In this document: positions 50,670-63,768 of the stretch, one piece after another
Layout of the letters: every line of letters starts with the position of its first letter
Position numbering within the stretch: position 1 is the stretch's first letter
NCBI RefSeq assembly: GCF_018977255.1
Contig: NW_024704742.1
Span: forward strand, 86,802,001-86,866,000
Origin: Callorhinchus milii
Lineage: Eukaryota
DNA: 64,000 bases
Direction: 5' to 3'
The notes under the pieces: model-generated
Database searches by the model: none
What the model was told of the DNA's origin: nothing
The model's input: only the letters and a program-made list of their open reading frames with translations
Program-made: the position numbers and the translations under genes

Positions 50670-51180
50670 AATAGATTTACATAGAATATATAGCACAGAA
50701 ACAGACAATTCAGCCCTACCAGTCTGTGCTGGTGCTTAACGCTGCATACGAGTCTTCACCCACTGCTTATTCCCTCCCGTATCCTTCTATTCCCCTCTAC
50801 TTCATTTGTATATCTCGCTTCCTCTTAAATCCATCTACACTATCAAATTCAACCACTGTTTCAGGCAGTGAGTTTCACATTCTCACTACCCTCTGTGTGA
50901 AATAGTTCCTCCCAAATTCTATTTTAGATTCCTGTTACTAACTTTGTGGAGTCCTGTAGCTCAGTGATTAGAGCCGCACTTTGCAAGTGAGAGACCTGGG
51001 CTCGATTCCCGGCAGGTGAAACCTTGGGCAAGTTTCCTTACTCCACACGCCTGATAATAATCCCTCAAACAAAGGGACACTGGTTATGGACTCACCAACA
51101 AGTGGGAACAGCCTATTGATGCTCACCTCATCAAACCCTTTTAATTTTGAACACCTCTATTAGGTCCCCTCTTAAATCAA
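50670..51180 (-). mobile_element. CR1 3' fragment with a nested SINE 5' half (50948-51070, +)
   Basis: catagaat tail and an LRGDLIEVFKI remnant at about 51130-51180; SINE head ggagtcctgtagctcagtgattagagc. Confidence 0.85.
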
Positions 51181-51454
51181 CATAACTTAAAATGTGATAC
51201 AGAATAACCACTGATATGTACAGCAGAAGTTGCTGGGCCATCCCCTCTCTCGATCTATTGTGTAAATATGATCCTCTTGATTTTGAAGGACACTTGGCCT
51301 TTTTAATTAGCATGAATACACTTGCCTAACGTGTGGGACATTGGTTTAAAATAACTTACATTCAATATGTAAATTGCCTTTAGACATTAGGATTTTCTTT
51401 TTTGAAAGTGATTATTATTCTGTGATTCACATCTATTCTTCAAGTTTTATCCTA

Positions 51455-51710
51455 AAACAACAACAATAAAATTACATTTATAGAGCGCCTTTCACGTCGG
51501 GAGGACGTCCCAAAGCGCTGAACAGTCAAGTGTTGGGGCCCGAGCATGGGGGCGGGGTTGGGGTGGGGGGTGGTGGTGTAGGGGCGAGGGAAGGCGATGA
51601 GGTGGGAGGGAGACCAAAGGCATGGTCGAAGAGAAAGGTCTTGAGATCGGCCTTGAAGGAGGCAAGGGAGGAAGCGAGGTGAAGGGACTGTGGGATGGAG
51701 TTCCAGAGTT
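51455..51710 (-). mobile_element. L2 3' fragment
   Basis: LWNSIPQSLHLASSLASFKADLKTFLFDHAF remnant plus the tail. Confidence 0.9.
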
Positions 51711-52174
51711 CAAAAATTCCTATATTGATTTTTCCATGAACCATCTGCACCTCTGAGGCATGGGTCCATTCTTAGCTAGAGTACAATCAGTAACGTTTTT
51801 AGCACAATAGAGTGTCATTGATTTTCAATAAGCTGATTTAACAAAATGTTAAATCGACAGAATGTGTCTGTGGCTACAATCTTCTCTATAATAAAATAAT
51901 TTGTCAACAATGTGTCCTTGATCATTAAATATAAAGCATCCAAGATATTAAATGTTCCACTGTCTCATGTAGATTGTAGTACCCTGGTTCAACAGTTCAA
52001 AAGCAAAACAATAAAGGCTAAAATCTGGATTCTGAACATCAGTCCCCAAGTAAGGAGGAAAACCTTCAAAAATTACCAACTTTGAAGAGAATTCAAAAAG
52101 TTCAAAAGGTTTTCACACTCACAACCAAAGACTAACATTGAACCAAACTATCTTCTGGTATAATCGAGGTAGTG

Positions 52175-52965
52175 CAACAACAACAAAATTACATTTGTAT
52201 AGCGCCTGTCATGATGGGAGGACATCCCAAGGCACTAGACAATCAATGTTTCGGACCCGAGCTGGGGGTCGGGATCAGGGATGGTGGAGGGCAGGGGGGT
52301 AAGGAGGATGATACGCATGGTCAAAGATGAGGGTCTTGAGACTGGTCTTGAAGGAGGTAAGGGAGGGGGTGAGGCAGAGGGACTGCGGAATGGAGTTCCA
52401 GAGTGGGGCCAAAGTGGCTGAAGGATCGCTCACCAATGGTGGGGTGGGTGAGGCGGGGGACGTGAAGCAGGATGGAGCCGGCTGAGCGGAAGGAGCGGGC
52501 AGATTGGTCGGGGGTTAGGAGGTCACAGAGGTAGGGGGCGCGAGGCCATGGAGGGCTTTGAAAGTGAGGACCAGGATCTTGAACTGTATCCACTGTGTGA
52601 TGGGAAGCCATTGGAGTCGGACGAAGATGGGGGTGATAGGGTCGCGGAGGGTGCGGGAGAGGACACGGGCAGCAGAGTTCTGGATGATCTGCAGCCTGCG
52701 GAGGGAGGAGTTGGGGAGGCCGACAAGCAGGGAGTTTGCATCTTCGAGCCTCGATGTAATGAATGCGTATATGAGGGTTTCGGTGGCCTGTGGTGTGAGA
52801 CCATGGTGAAGCCAGGCAATGTTGTGGAGGTGGGGGAAGGCAAAGCGGGTCATGGCATGGATGTGGGGTAGACAAGATAGTTGAGGGTCAAACAAGACCC
52901 CAAAGTTGCGGACTGGCTTAGTAAGGTGGAGTGTGCAACCATGGATGGTGATGCTGTCAGCGCCT
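52175..52965 (-). mobile_element. L2 LINE 3' fragment with RT C-terminus
   Basis: ORF 52515-52895 FDPQLSCLPHIH...TLIYAFITSRLEDANSLLVGLP...LQIIQNSAARVL...ITPIFVRLQWLPI. Confidence 0.94.
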
Positions 52966-55004
52966 GAGGCCCATTGTTACAGGATTGAGCTATGAGGATG
53001 AAACCAATTGGACTGAATGATGTTCATCATCTAAAACTCTAGTGAGCTTATTTACAGAGAGAGCAGAATGCTAACCTTCTTACAGGTGTGAGAAAATAAA
53101 GTGGGCTAAACATCTGGAAGCACAAAGGGATTCACAACATTTAAGTCAGCTTTTACGATAAATCACATGCAGAGCAAAATCTGACAGTATCTGTTCTAGA
53201 TTAGCTATCTTGCGATGACTCCAATAAATTTCCCCAGACCAATTTGTTGCAACTCTAAATAAACTGACTTGCGCTCCTGGACGCTACCCCGTGTGAAAGG
53301 CACTATCTAAATGCAAGTTGTTGTTGTTGACTCTGGTTTAGAAATAACAAGTGCAGATTGTCTCAGATAGGTAGTGTGATATCCAACATGTTGAGGCACT
53401 ATCACACTGTACCTAGGCAATGGTGGGAGAGAAGTTAAATTCCACATTCAACTATGTTTGAAAACTCAGCACAGCTGCTGTGCAGAGCCAAACAAAGTTG
53501 TCTCTCCACAAAGGGAAATCCAAAAGCAGAGTTCTCCGTGAGGCAAGTACCAAATCACCCACTAACAATCTCACTTACAGGTTGATCGAGGCCTGAGGGA
53601 GACCAGAGGAACTGCAGAGCAAATAGTAGGATTTCACATCTCACAAACATTTCTCCAGCCTTTTCCTTTTTAGAGATCATTTAGATATTTATATCTTTAT
53701 GCAGACTTACGCACTGACAAGTCTTGTTCTGTGAATGGGCTGATCTACACCATGTGGAGCAGAAGATTGGCTGACCGACTGACGGATTGCATATGGGTGA
53801 GAACCCCAAGTTGAAGACTGGGAGAGGAATCTGGTTTGGTTTTGGAGGAAGCTTGGCTTGCAATGAGTGGAACCTTTTGACAAAAAAAAGCACAGTTCAG
53901 AATCTGTGCCCATTCCTATCCTATCTATTTCCACTTGGATGCAGTAGACCGGAGACATAGACTAACATAGATATTTTCTAGTCCACCTGGTGTGCTGTAG
54001 ACAAGAGCTACTCACAGACAGGTAAAGACTCAAAGAGCAATGCTCGATCCAGATAAAGCAGCTGAATGTTCAGCTCCCCCAGCCCAAATACTGTGCGATG
54101 CTATTTTTAAAAAAATTGAGATTGACACTGTACAGCAGTATGTGAATTTTTATAGCTGAAAGCATCACACAGTAAAATGTGTGGTTTTAAAGTACGTTAA
54201 GTGTGGTCTCAAAGGAAAACGTAATTTATACACACAGCGGCTGCAGCAGGACTTAGTCAAGAAAACCTGGTGTGAAGTGGTACAACGTGACCTCTCACAG
54301 ATGGAGTAGGTTAGAGATTAGCACAGGATCTAGTATGTAAAAAAAGTAATACCATTATTGTGTAAGAATAATGTTAGTTAGTATAATACTATATGCCCTT
54401 TCTAAATAAATAACAAAGCTGCATTACTGGAAATTAACAAAACATTAACCAAACATTAATGAATGGTAGTCAATATAATTATTTACCAATTCTTAAAAAT
54501 CAATACAAGATGCAAGACACTGCTGTATGTACTGTGTTGAAAATCAGTGTATTTGTAAATGTTAAGGTAAAGGGAAGCCTCCGTTACTTCAGAGATGCCT
54601 GGGTTTAAAATCATTTGATTAGATTTGGAGCAAGGATTTGAGGCATGAATAATAAAGTATCAACAGACATCCTAAGTCTCAGAACATAAAACTAGAGTAA
54701 TTACAGTATGTCCTGCATTTAATCTTTCTAAGTGTAGGAAGTAGCAGGAACTAATGCAAACCTTCAATACTGTTGTTGTGCTGTACGAGCTAATGCAGAG
54801 TGAATCATTGTTACTGTTGAGATCTGTATCTATGTTTTTTAAATTGAGGAGCAAAATATTCTGACAAGAACTGTGATAATTAATCAAATGCTGCAACTTT
54901 CACTCCTTTAAAAGGAGCGGCACAGTGGTGAAGCAGATTTAAATGTTCAGTTATAGGGAAGGGCACGCAGAGGTCAGGCACCACTTTGATAGCATGGTGT
55001 TAAA

Positions 55005-55315
55005 ATAACAACTTGCATTTATATATCGCTCTTCACACAAGGCAGTGTTTTGGAACGCTTAATGCCAAGCCAGGGGGAGGGAAGAGGTGATCAGAAGCAC
55101 AAAGAGGGGCAAGGCAGAGGGATTGGGGCAAGACTTCCAAAACTTTAGGGTGGAGCAGCTGAAAATCCAACCGTTAATGTTGGAGCAGAGAGTATGAGGG
55201 ACAAACAAGAGGCCAGAGCCAGCCAAGGGAGGCAGCAGATAGTGGAGTGGGGAAAAAGCAGGTCAGAAAGGTAGGGAGGTGCCAGGGCGTGAAGTGATTT
55301 GTAGACGAGTGAGAC
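55005..55315 (-). mobile_element. L2 3' fragment (second family)
   Basis: Reverse-complement similarity to 39990-40305 and 49540-49912. Confidence 0.8.
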
Positions 55316-58300
55316 TGTTTCTTGAAAACATCGGACCAGGGAATCACCTCAAAAAATAAAATGTTAATTGTTTTTCATTTCAATTGCATTTAAAGATGTT
55401 GTATTTCATTTGAAAGCTTTTTAGAAATAGAATTTCGTCCTGCCCTGTTCTGCTTGCTACATCATGCAGATCAAATAGATTTGACCAGATCTTGTTTGTT
55501 CAATGGGCGGGAAACAAGTTTCAACATGTTGAGAAAGAGCAGCAAATACAAGCCAAGCAACTAGAGGAGGCAGAGAGGTTCCTGAATGCAGCTCTCTCCT
55601 TTTTAATTAATCGGATAACACAAGATTGTTAGCATGGGTAACAAGCCATCTTCAGCAGAGGTATATCCGAGTATAACTGAAAAGATTGAGCTTGCAGCGT
55701 TGACCTGCAAATAACTTCTTCCATGCTGCAGTGCAAGTTCTTTTACAGGTGTTTAGCACACAATGCTAGAACTTCATTTGTAGATTAAGATAATCCTAAA
55801 TACTTGGTTTAACACAACAGCAAATTACATTTGTATAGCGCCTTTCATGTCGGGAGGACATCCACAGCAGTATTGCAATAGGCCCTTCTGTTACCAGCTT
55901 TTGAATCACCCATGTTAATATTTCCACTTGCTTCCTTTCTTCACCAGTAAAGCTAAACTTCTGTTTAATGCAGTGAACATAATCCTAACACAAGGCAAAA
56001 CAGCTACTTTTGTTTCTACCTCGAGCTTTCATTTAAATGTATCTACTTCCTTATTCTTAAAATAATATGACCATACTAGAAATCAGAATACAAATATAAA
56101 AGCACTTGCTGCACTAAGTAAAGATACATATGGGGTACTTACTTAAAATTAAGAGCTGAGCCACTCGCAACCAGCACTCCCTCTGACTTGGATGCAATAG
56201 GTTTTGTTTAATCAAGCCAACCACTGCTCATAAATGGATTAGTTCCTGGTTGTAACTGAAACCTCAGGGACAATGTGCAGGTGACTCACAACAATTTTCT
56301 ACATGAATCAGCAGAGGGTTTCACTGGATTAAGCAGCCAGTTGGCAAATATGTGATGAGCGACAGGTAGAAACTATCCACAAGGAACGCTTCCTGATTGT
56401 GTGGTTCAACTGTAGGTTTCCAGAAATAGATTCACAGCTTTGTTATCAGTTGATTACCATATTGATAAATAGCCTTGCAAAATGATTACGTCAATTGCTA
56501 CTGGAAAAAAAAGAGATTTTTTTTATAGATAATGGGGAAATGACAATGAAGAAAAAACAAGTTCCGGAATTAGTTTGAAAATAGATTTATTTTCAATTTG
56601 CAACTGCACCCCCAAATTAAAATTCAGCAAGGGTTAACAATTCTGATAGCTATTGAGTTACCTCTGCCAGCAAGTGCAAGTGTAATCGTGCAGTGCAGAC
56701 AGTACTCGGCTTGGTTGTGGTGTCCATGGTTCAGTAGCCTGTTGACATTCGTTGTACAGGTTTACATCACTATTCTTGATAATATACATATTCTTTAAAA
56801 ATAGTGCATTTCTGTGCTCATTAAGGCAAGGATCTGAATGCTAAATAACACACTATTCTGGGCACCTTCTTGAATGTAAAGATTCCCTCTCATGAAGAAA
56901 CCTTAAGGGGAAGAAGAGCACGTTACCAACTAATATTTGCCATTTTCTATGAATTATCTCTGCAGGGAAGCTCAAGCACATTTACCTGGGTACATTATAA
57001 AGCTATCAAAGGAAGTAGGTTGCTTGCATCTCAAACAGATGCTGGAACATTTCAGTGGCAGGGCCAGTTTCAGTACATTTCTCGCGGAAGTGCAGTCAGT
57101 GCTTACCAGGGCTGTAAGAAGAACTTTACAGCAGAACAGTGTATTTCAGAAAGCAAGAAAAAGGAAATAAAAGTAGTTAAAGGGGAAGAAATGTCCAAAG
57201 AAATTTTGTTTAAAGGTTTTCTAACACCCAACGCTATCAGAAATTAACATAGTTCTAACCTAATTTTGTCATTACTGAAATATTTTCAAGGATTGCAAGA
57301 GACTGCCATTTGAGAGTTTCCTTTCTTGGGCCAACACAGTGATGCCAGTTATGTGCATCCTTCATTGCAACCTGTCATTTCAAATCTGATAGCACTTTGG
57401 ATTAGCTGGACCAAATCAGAGCTGCCTGACCACAGGAAAATGCAGTACAGGTTAGTAATATTCGCCAGTGAGCACAAACTAGTAACTAGAAAGGCTTACG
57501 CCCTTCACCCTTTAAGATGCAAAGGATTGGTGTTCAGCAAGGTTGAGCCCAAAATGGGCCGAAGAGCTTTCTTTAGCTGAACCTTTTTAAACCTTTTTTT
57601 CTGTTTCTTCATGAGCAATTTAACATAATTTGGAGCCAGCCAAATGGACCTGATGATTTTTTCCAGTTTTATTTTCCTGTATAAATTCTTCCAGTTAAAA
57701 ACTTCAAGGAACAATTTTTGACGAGGAGAAAATAATTAGGTGGATTTAAAAGACATAATAGTGTCCCAACTTTCAAGCAGTGGCAGCTGTGGGGATTAAG
57801 GTCAACATACTTGCATGATCAATCCCAACGCACAACAGAGCATGGGCCTCGGCAGGAACATTTATTAGATTGTTAACCAGTCATTCTGCATAGTGAGAAC
57901 CATTGCAACAAATTACAGTGTGGAGACTGTAGCTGGATTCATCCCTTCACTAGTTTGGAAAACAGCAGACCACAGAATTGACCACAGAAAAATAGGAGTT
58001 TCAAGTTAAAAAACTGAGAGGGACTGAAATCTGATTTCAACTTCACAAACTTATGTAATAAAGCATCTTTATATGAAAGCAGGTAGTCAATTCTGGTTTT
58101 GTTTGGTGGGTCACAAACATATGATTGTGTTAAGTTTTTAAAAAAAACCTGAAAGGATTTAGCATGCAGTTAACAGATGATAGAACTAATCCAGGTAAAA
58201 AACGAGAAAACTTTCTAACTCTGAAGTGCAAACCAATAACCAAAGCAAAACATTTGGAAACATTAACTGCACTTTGTTGTAAGAATGGTTGGAGACGTAG

Positions 58301-58497
58301 TTTTGTGATATGGAAGACACCTATTGAAAAGGTTAGATGCTCCAGTAGAACATTTTTCTTCCCCATTAAACAGAATCTTTACAGCATATGAGTTGCCATA
58401 ACAAGCAAAGTAAACACCACAACCATTATAGCTTTTTCTTNAAAAAATCTGGAAATGGTGCTTAAATTTGGCAAGGTGTAATACTGCACCTTCTCAT

Positions 58498-58648
58498 TCA
58501 CTTTTCATTTCTTGGCCTTACTAATGGCGTTAAATCTATTTCAGTCTTCAACATTGTAGAAAATTCCTTTGTAAGCAGTTCGTGCAAAAGGATTCCGTCA
58601 TGAGAATATATCCAACTGTTCCCAGTCCAATCATATCGCTTAGGTCCA
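58498..58648 (-). CDS. FXN: Frataxin last coding exon
   Basis: Acceptor ttttcttctcag|T GGA; 151 nt ending in TGA at 58500-58498. (S)[49 protein letters not shown] carries the frataxin signature GPKRYDW...W.YSHDG..LHELL. Not in the ORF track. Confidence 0.97.
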
Positions 58649-59436
58649 CTGAGAAGAAAACCAAAACATTTTAATGAAAATCAAAGTACACTTCCATTCC
58701 CCACCAACATGGAAGATTCAATAAAAGTTGATAGAAAATATATCTAGTATTGTAACAAAGCCCATGTATACTGCTGGAAGCAAAGGGAGATTGCTGTCAG
58801 CAATAGAGCAGGAGAGTGAAATTAGATCAGGTGGCTGGCTCATGTGGAGAAAAACGGCAGTGCAGACAGTGGATTGTTTCTGAACTGAAACATATTGCAA
58901 GTATGATCCTAAGAAAAAGTTTAGATTATGCTGTCAACCTACTGTTAAGCTACATAAGACTTGCTGTCACAAATTGAATGAAATTTGACAGGCTGTCTGC
59001 AGACTGCTGATGAAGATCTCAAAGGCCCAACACCTCTGTACTGTTGAGTTTAAGAACTACTGTGATCAATGCTTTCACATCTTCAGTGAGACAGTAATTT
59101 TAAATTCAATACATGTAGGTACCCTAACTGGGTTAAAATTTGATGTATTTAAGAACGTTATGGCAGAAAGTGTCATGCTCAAAGATCTGATCAAGGGACA
59201 ATATTTGCTCTGAATTGTTGTTTATTGGGATCAGAGATCAAAGAAAAGCTGTGAGGATATATAACAGCATTCTACACTACTTCAGAGTATCAGTAACTTT
59301 GTTGGAGGTCTAAGCCTTCAAGGTCTTCACTCGGCATCCAACCCAGTCCTTGTAAAGAGCTTCGAGACCTTGCCCTATGTGAAGTATGCCTCATATAAAT
59401 GCAAGTTGTTGTTGTAAGCCTCCTCCTTTGGTTTGT

Positions 59437-59797
59437 GGAGTCCTGTATCTTAGAGCACTCGCCTCGCAAGCGAGAGGACCTGGGTTCGATTCCCGGCAGG
59501 GCGAAACATTGGACAAGTTTCCTTACTCCACATGCCTCTGTTTACCTAGCAGTAAGTAGGAACCCGGTTGTTAGTTGATTGGTGGATCGCTTTTCTGGGG
59601 GTAATAATTCCTTCAATATAAATAAAAATAATTTGGTCACTTAATCCACGACTGTTCGTGGGACACTGCTGTGCGCAATTGGCTGCTGCATTTCGCCCAC
59701 ACAATATAGTCAATTCACTATACAGTACATCCTGTGAAGCATTTTGAAACGTCTCGAAGACGTGATAAGGCGCTATATCAAATGCAAGGAATATTAC
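59437..59797 (+). mobile_element. Full-length tRNA-derived SINE, long subtype, in the last FXN intron
   Basis: ggagtcctgta...gggttcgattcccggcagggcgaaac head, central gcctctgtttacctagcagtaagtaggaaccc block and ggcgctatatcaaatgcaagg tail. Confidence 0.92.
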
Positions 59798-60168
59798 AAT
59801 TGAACAAATACAGTAATATCACTGCTGCAAGAATTTCATTTCAGCAACAAATTCTGTCTTGTTTGTTTACTTTTTCTATGTAAATCTCTTAGTTTTACAA
59901 TGAGTTCACCTATGTTATTTACACCGACCTTTGTATTTATTTTTTCTCTAAAGATTTGGTTCAATTGACTAAACTTGTCAAGAGAGTAACAGCAACATAT
60001 CCAAATTAAAACAAAGCACAGCAAAGCTTATGTTGTAATACATTAAGGATCACATTTTTGTAATCCTGATAAATGTATTAGGTTGAGACACCTGAAAGAA
60101 GGGTGTAGTTCATAATGGACATGATCTATTTGCTTCTTTGATTTTTACTGGAATCTGAGGACCTCCCA

Positions 60169-60243
60169 AATCTAAAGTGCAGACAGATTTTAGAGTTTTT
60201 TTTGAGGAGTAAAACCTTCTAAAATCTGCCTGCACTTTAGATT
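60169..60243. repeat. 75-bp inverted repeat with 26-bp arms in the last FXN intron
   Basis: aatctaaagtgcagacagattttaga and tctaaaatctgcctgcactttagatt are complementary at 25 of 26 positions. Confidence 0.9.
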
Positions 60244-60594
60244 CTAAAGCACACCTTTTTTATTCAGAAAAATAAGCAGTACTTATCCTTTACAGTCAAG
60301 ATTCTATTACTAAACATTTCAGATTTTGTCTGTTCATCCTTCTTTTGGTTCATCCCTCCCTTGTTCCTCTGAAAGTCTCACTCTGACTTTCTTCTTCTCT
60401 CTTTGTATTTCTGTTTTGATCTCTCTCCATTGATAATTGTACACTGTCCGCATAACATCTTAACAATAGCATAGGGTGTCATACTTAGTAAAGTGTCAAA
60501 CTCCATCATCATACTTTCCTCAAAGTTTTGCACAAGTAATTATCAGTGTGAATCGGTGGGCACAACTTTCAATATGGACTTTCATTCTACGCAC

Positions 60595-60692
60595 CTGGTG
60601 GGAGATGATAACCAGATTTGTCGGTTTGGAGTCTGTTTATTAATCACGTACGTCCCCAAGTCTCGGCCCAGGTTTACTGTTAGCACTCCGCT
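60595..60692 (-). CDS. FXN: Frataxin penultimate coding exon
   Basis: Acceptor cctttttag|AGC and donor AG|gtgcgt; 98 nt, phase 0 to 2. [32 protein letters not shown](S) carries the CyaY/frataxin motif [18 protein letters not shown] did not find the upstream FXN exons in the window. Confidence 0.97.
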
Positions 60693-63600
60693 CTAAAAAA
60701 GGAAAAGTAGTAACCAGAGAAATTGATCTTTTGTGATTGAAATTCTAATAAAACATTCTCCAACATATAGTAACCTTGAATATAAAACAAAATGTTTCTT
60801 ATATCTGTATGATCTGTATGAATCTAAGCTTTTGAAGTGGCATGACTGTCTTACAACTGTTTGGGAAATAAACAAGAATGTGCCGAAGAAGAGAAAAGAA
60901 ATCCTAACAATCTGTTGTTAGGATGTGGGACATATAGTCAAGTCTACTGAGACTGCATCAGCATTCAAAAGATAAAAGGACAAGCACTGAATGGTAAAAC
61001 ATATTAAGTGATATGGGGATATGCTTAAAATGGGATTACTAATAAAGGGTTAGGGGGAGCAATGATGGTGTAATGATAGAACTGCAGTTTGCAGACTTGC
61101 AGCTTGTTCAAATCCTAGCTGAGTTTTCTAATCTCAGTCAGTGCTAAACAGGGAAGCTAATTTGGCCTTGGTCTTCTCAGCATCATGGAGGGGGGAAATC
61201 ATAGAACATTCGGGCTCCCCCCAACAGCACCCTTTACTGGTAATATGCCAGCGAGGCAGCCAGGTGAGGAGAAGTCCAGCGTGGCTCTGATGCCTTTTAT
61301 ATTTGAGTGTCATACTGGTACTCACTGCCAAGGTTACATATTTACAATTGCCCCTTTGGCAGGATACCAGAGAGCAATCAGTTCCATCGAACTGCACCCT
61401 CGGAGAGGCAGGTGGTAAAAGGGAAAAAAAAAGAAAAATAATTGGACACAATAGGTTTTTGAAATCAGTAAATGGATTGACAACGATATAAGTATTAGTG
61501 ACACAGACATGATGGGCTAAATAGTCTACTTCTTCCTGAGAATTTCTGTTTCTATGCATTTAACTTAACTTGCCAGTAATCAACACAGGTTCATGAGGAA
61601 ACTGATTTGCATTGTGCTGTCTTGTTACATTAACTCAAATGTTTAACAGCTATCCTTTTAAATATGTTACAAAGAAGAGGCATTTACACAAAACTGTCAA
61701 TTCAGATTATCTGTAAATAGCTGACATGAATTTGAATGCCCTGTACAATACCAGGGAAAATAGCCTTGTGTGACATGCTTTGCGATTTTCTGCCCGACTC
61801 GATTTCATTGTGTAACTACTGGGAATACACAACAATTTGTGTACGTTTCTCAATAAGTTTGTTCCAATAAATTCCATTGTAAAAAAACTGCCACAAGTTT
61901 TGTTTCAGTTTGTTTCTGTTGATATTTTGAATGTTGGGACATTTTTGTTCAAAGAATCAGAGCTGACAACATCATCAGGAAAAGAGCTTTGAAGATTTAC
62001 TGAAATGACACTGTGAAGGGGTTGAATTACCATCAGTGTACAGTGGATACAGTGATCAAGTTAGAGTACTTCAGAAGCATGTCATTTCAACTGTGGCTGA
62101 AATCCAAACGTAACCCCTTCAAGCCAATTATCCTGATGAAGTTGTCAGCAATGACTGTCAAATATACAAACAGTACTTTTGAAATAACAGAACTAAACAG
62201 AACAAAACTATGGTAAAGATAATCACATTCTTTAGCACTTGGATTTTGTCTGCCTCTATCAACACTACTTCTAAGACATGACTGTCAATCTGCATCCTAC
62301 TAATTTGATTGGCTGCATTACATTTCAGAATTAAGTTATTTTACTTTCTAAGGACAAATTAGAACAAGATGGAGAAATTAGAAAATAAGTTACAATAAAA
62401 ATTGAATGAGCAGAAAATAAATTACAATACAAAGTATTGTGGCGTTATGTACTTGTGAATATATTCTTAAAACGTTTCACTTTTACTTGTGGATATTATT
62501 GGGTTATCTTTAAATTTCTTTATCTTTAATTCTTTATTTCTACATCCCACCTGAAGACTTACATCTTTGACTGCGCTGATGTTCATCTCCCCCTTCCCCC
62601 TTGTTCCGCGTCCAAACTTGATACTATGTGCCATACCTTGGCACTAACTTGAATGGTTATATGTATTGCAAGTTGTTATTGTTGGGTCTGGCATTACGTA
62701 ATAAGACACTTCTAATGTTTTGTGTACCTTTATTACTGTATACAGAATATAACAAAGGTATAAATTATCAACTAAAATAGTCTAATTCTGTGATGTTGTG
62801 ATTAGACACATTGCCGTATCTTTGCAACAATTACTGAACCATCAGAAAACCTGAATGTGTCAATCCTTTAGATTAGTTACAAGTCAGAGATGCATTAACA
62901 AAGCTCTGTTGTAGGACATTGTAAAGCAGGAATCACAGCCTTAGAGACAGTCGTTGTGTTTTACTAACTAAATGGATGACAAACATTGATATCCCAAAGG
63001 TACAGCAAAATCCTTACTAATAATAATAATCCTTGCATTGGATATAGCGCTTTTCACATCTTCTAGACATCTCAAAGTGTTTCACAGAATATACTATAAC
63101 GTGAATTGTAGTGCTACCCATATTCAGAAACTCTTGGATCGACTTCAAATTACTTTCCAGCAGAGCCTCCCTGTGCTCATCTATTCAGATAATTATATGA
63201 ATGAAAGCTACAGAATTTGACATTGTGTTGCAACCTCGTGCAACAATCTCTAAGACTGCAGAAGTAATTTCTGATTTTAAAAAACATAAGATGTGACTGA
63301 ACGACTTTACACAACAAGCCCAACAGCTGTGTTTTTCTCGCCACAAAGTATCGGGGTTTAATATTGTGGCAGAGCTCCAGTAATGAGAAATAGTCAGCTT
63401 TAATTTGTGAGGCTTGAAAGGGCACTATTAGATTGCCCCATTCCTTCTTTCTGTGGATCACTGTGATTATTTGTGTTGAAAAATCTGGGTATTAAATAAA
63501 GCATCAACCAGGCAGTGTGGAAATATTAATACAATATGCCAGAGCGGAGAGTGGTACACATTCCATCATCCCACTCTAAGCAGCAGATTTTTGGTGTGTT

Positions 63601-63768
63601 GCCACAGAGCTTTTACTTAGTGCTCCCCAATAGGAGCAAAGGAAAACTAAATCTGAGGCATAGTGATTGACATGCGCAACACTCAATGTACAGCTGAAGA
63701 ATGATCTTAGTAGCGACCTCAGAGTGTCAATAGCCCACCCTACAGGAATGTGGGCTCGCACATCCTCT

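Noticed and set aside
55440..55710. Good-looking minus-strand acceptor (ttatttgcag|G near 55705)
   Set aside because: All three frames stop within about 35 codons and there is no homology. It could be a non-coding exon but this is unsupported.
57660..57870. AATAAA hexamers on the minus strand downstream of the FXN stop (about 57668 and 57861)
   Set aside because: Several candidates exist in AT-rich DNA, and the real poly(A) site cannot be chosen without transcript data.
58441..58441. Single N in the FXN 3' UTR
   Set aside because: An assembly ambiguity between T and A runs, not biology.
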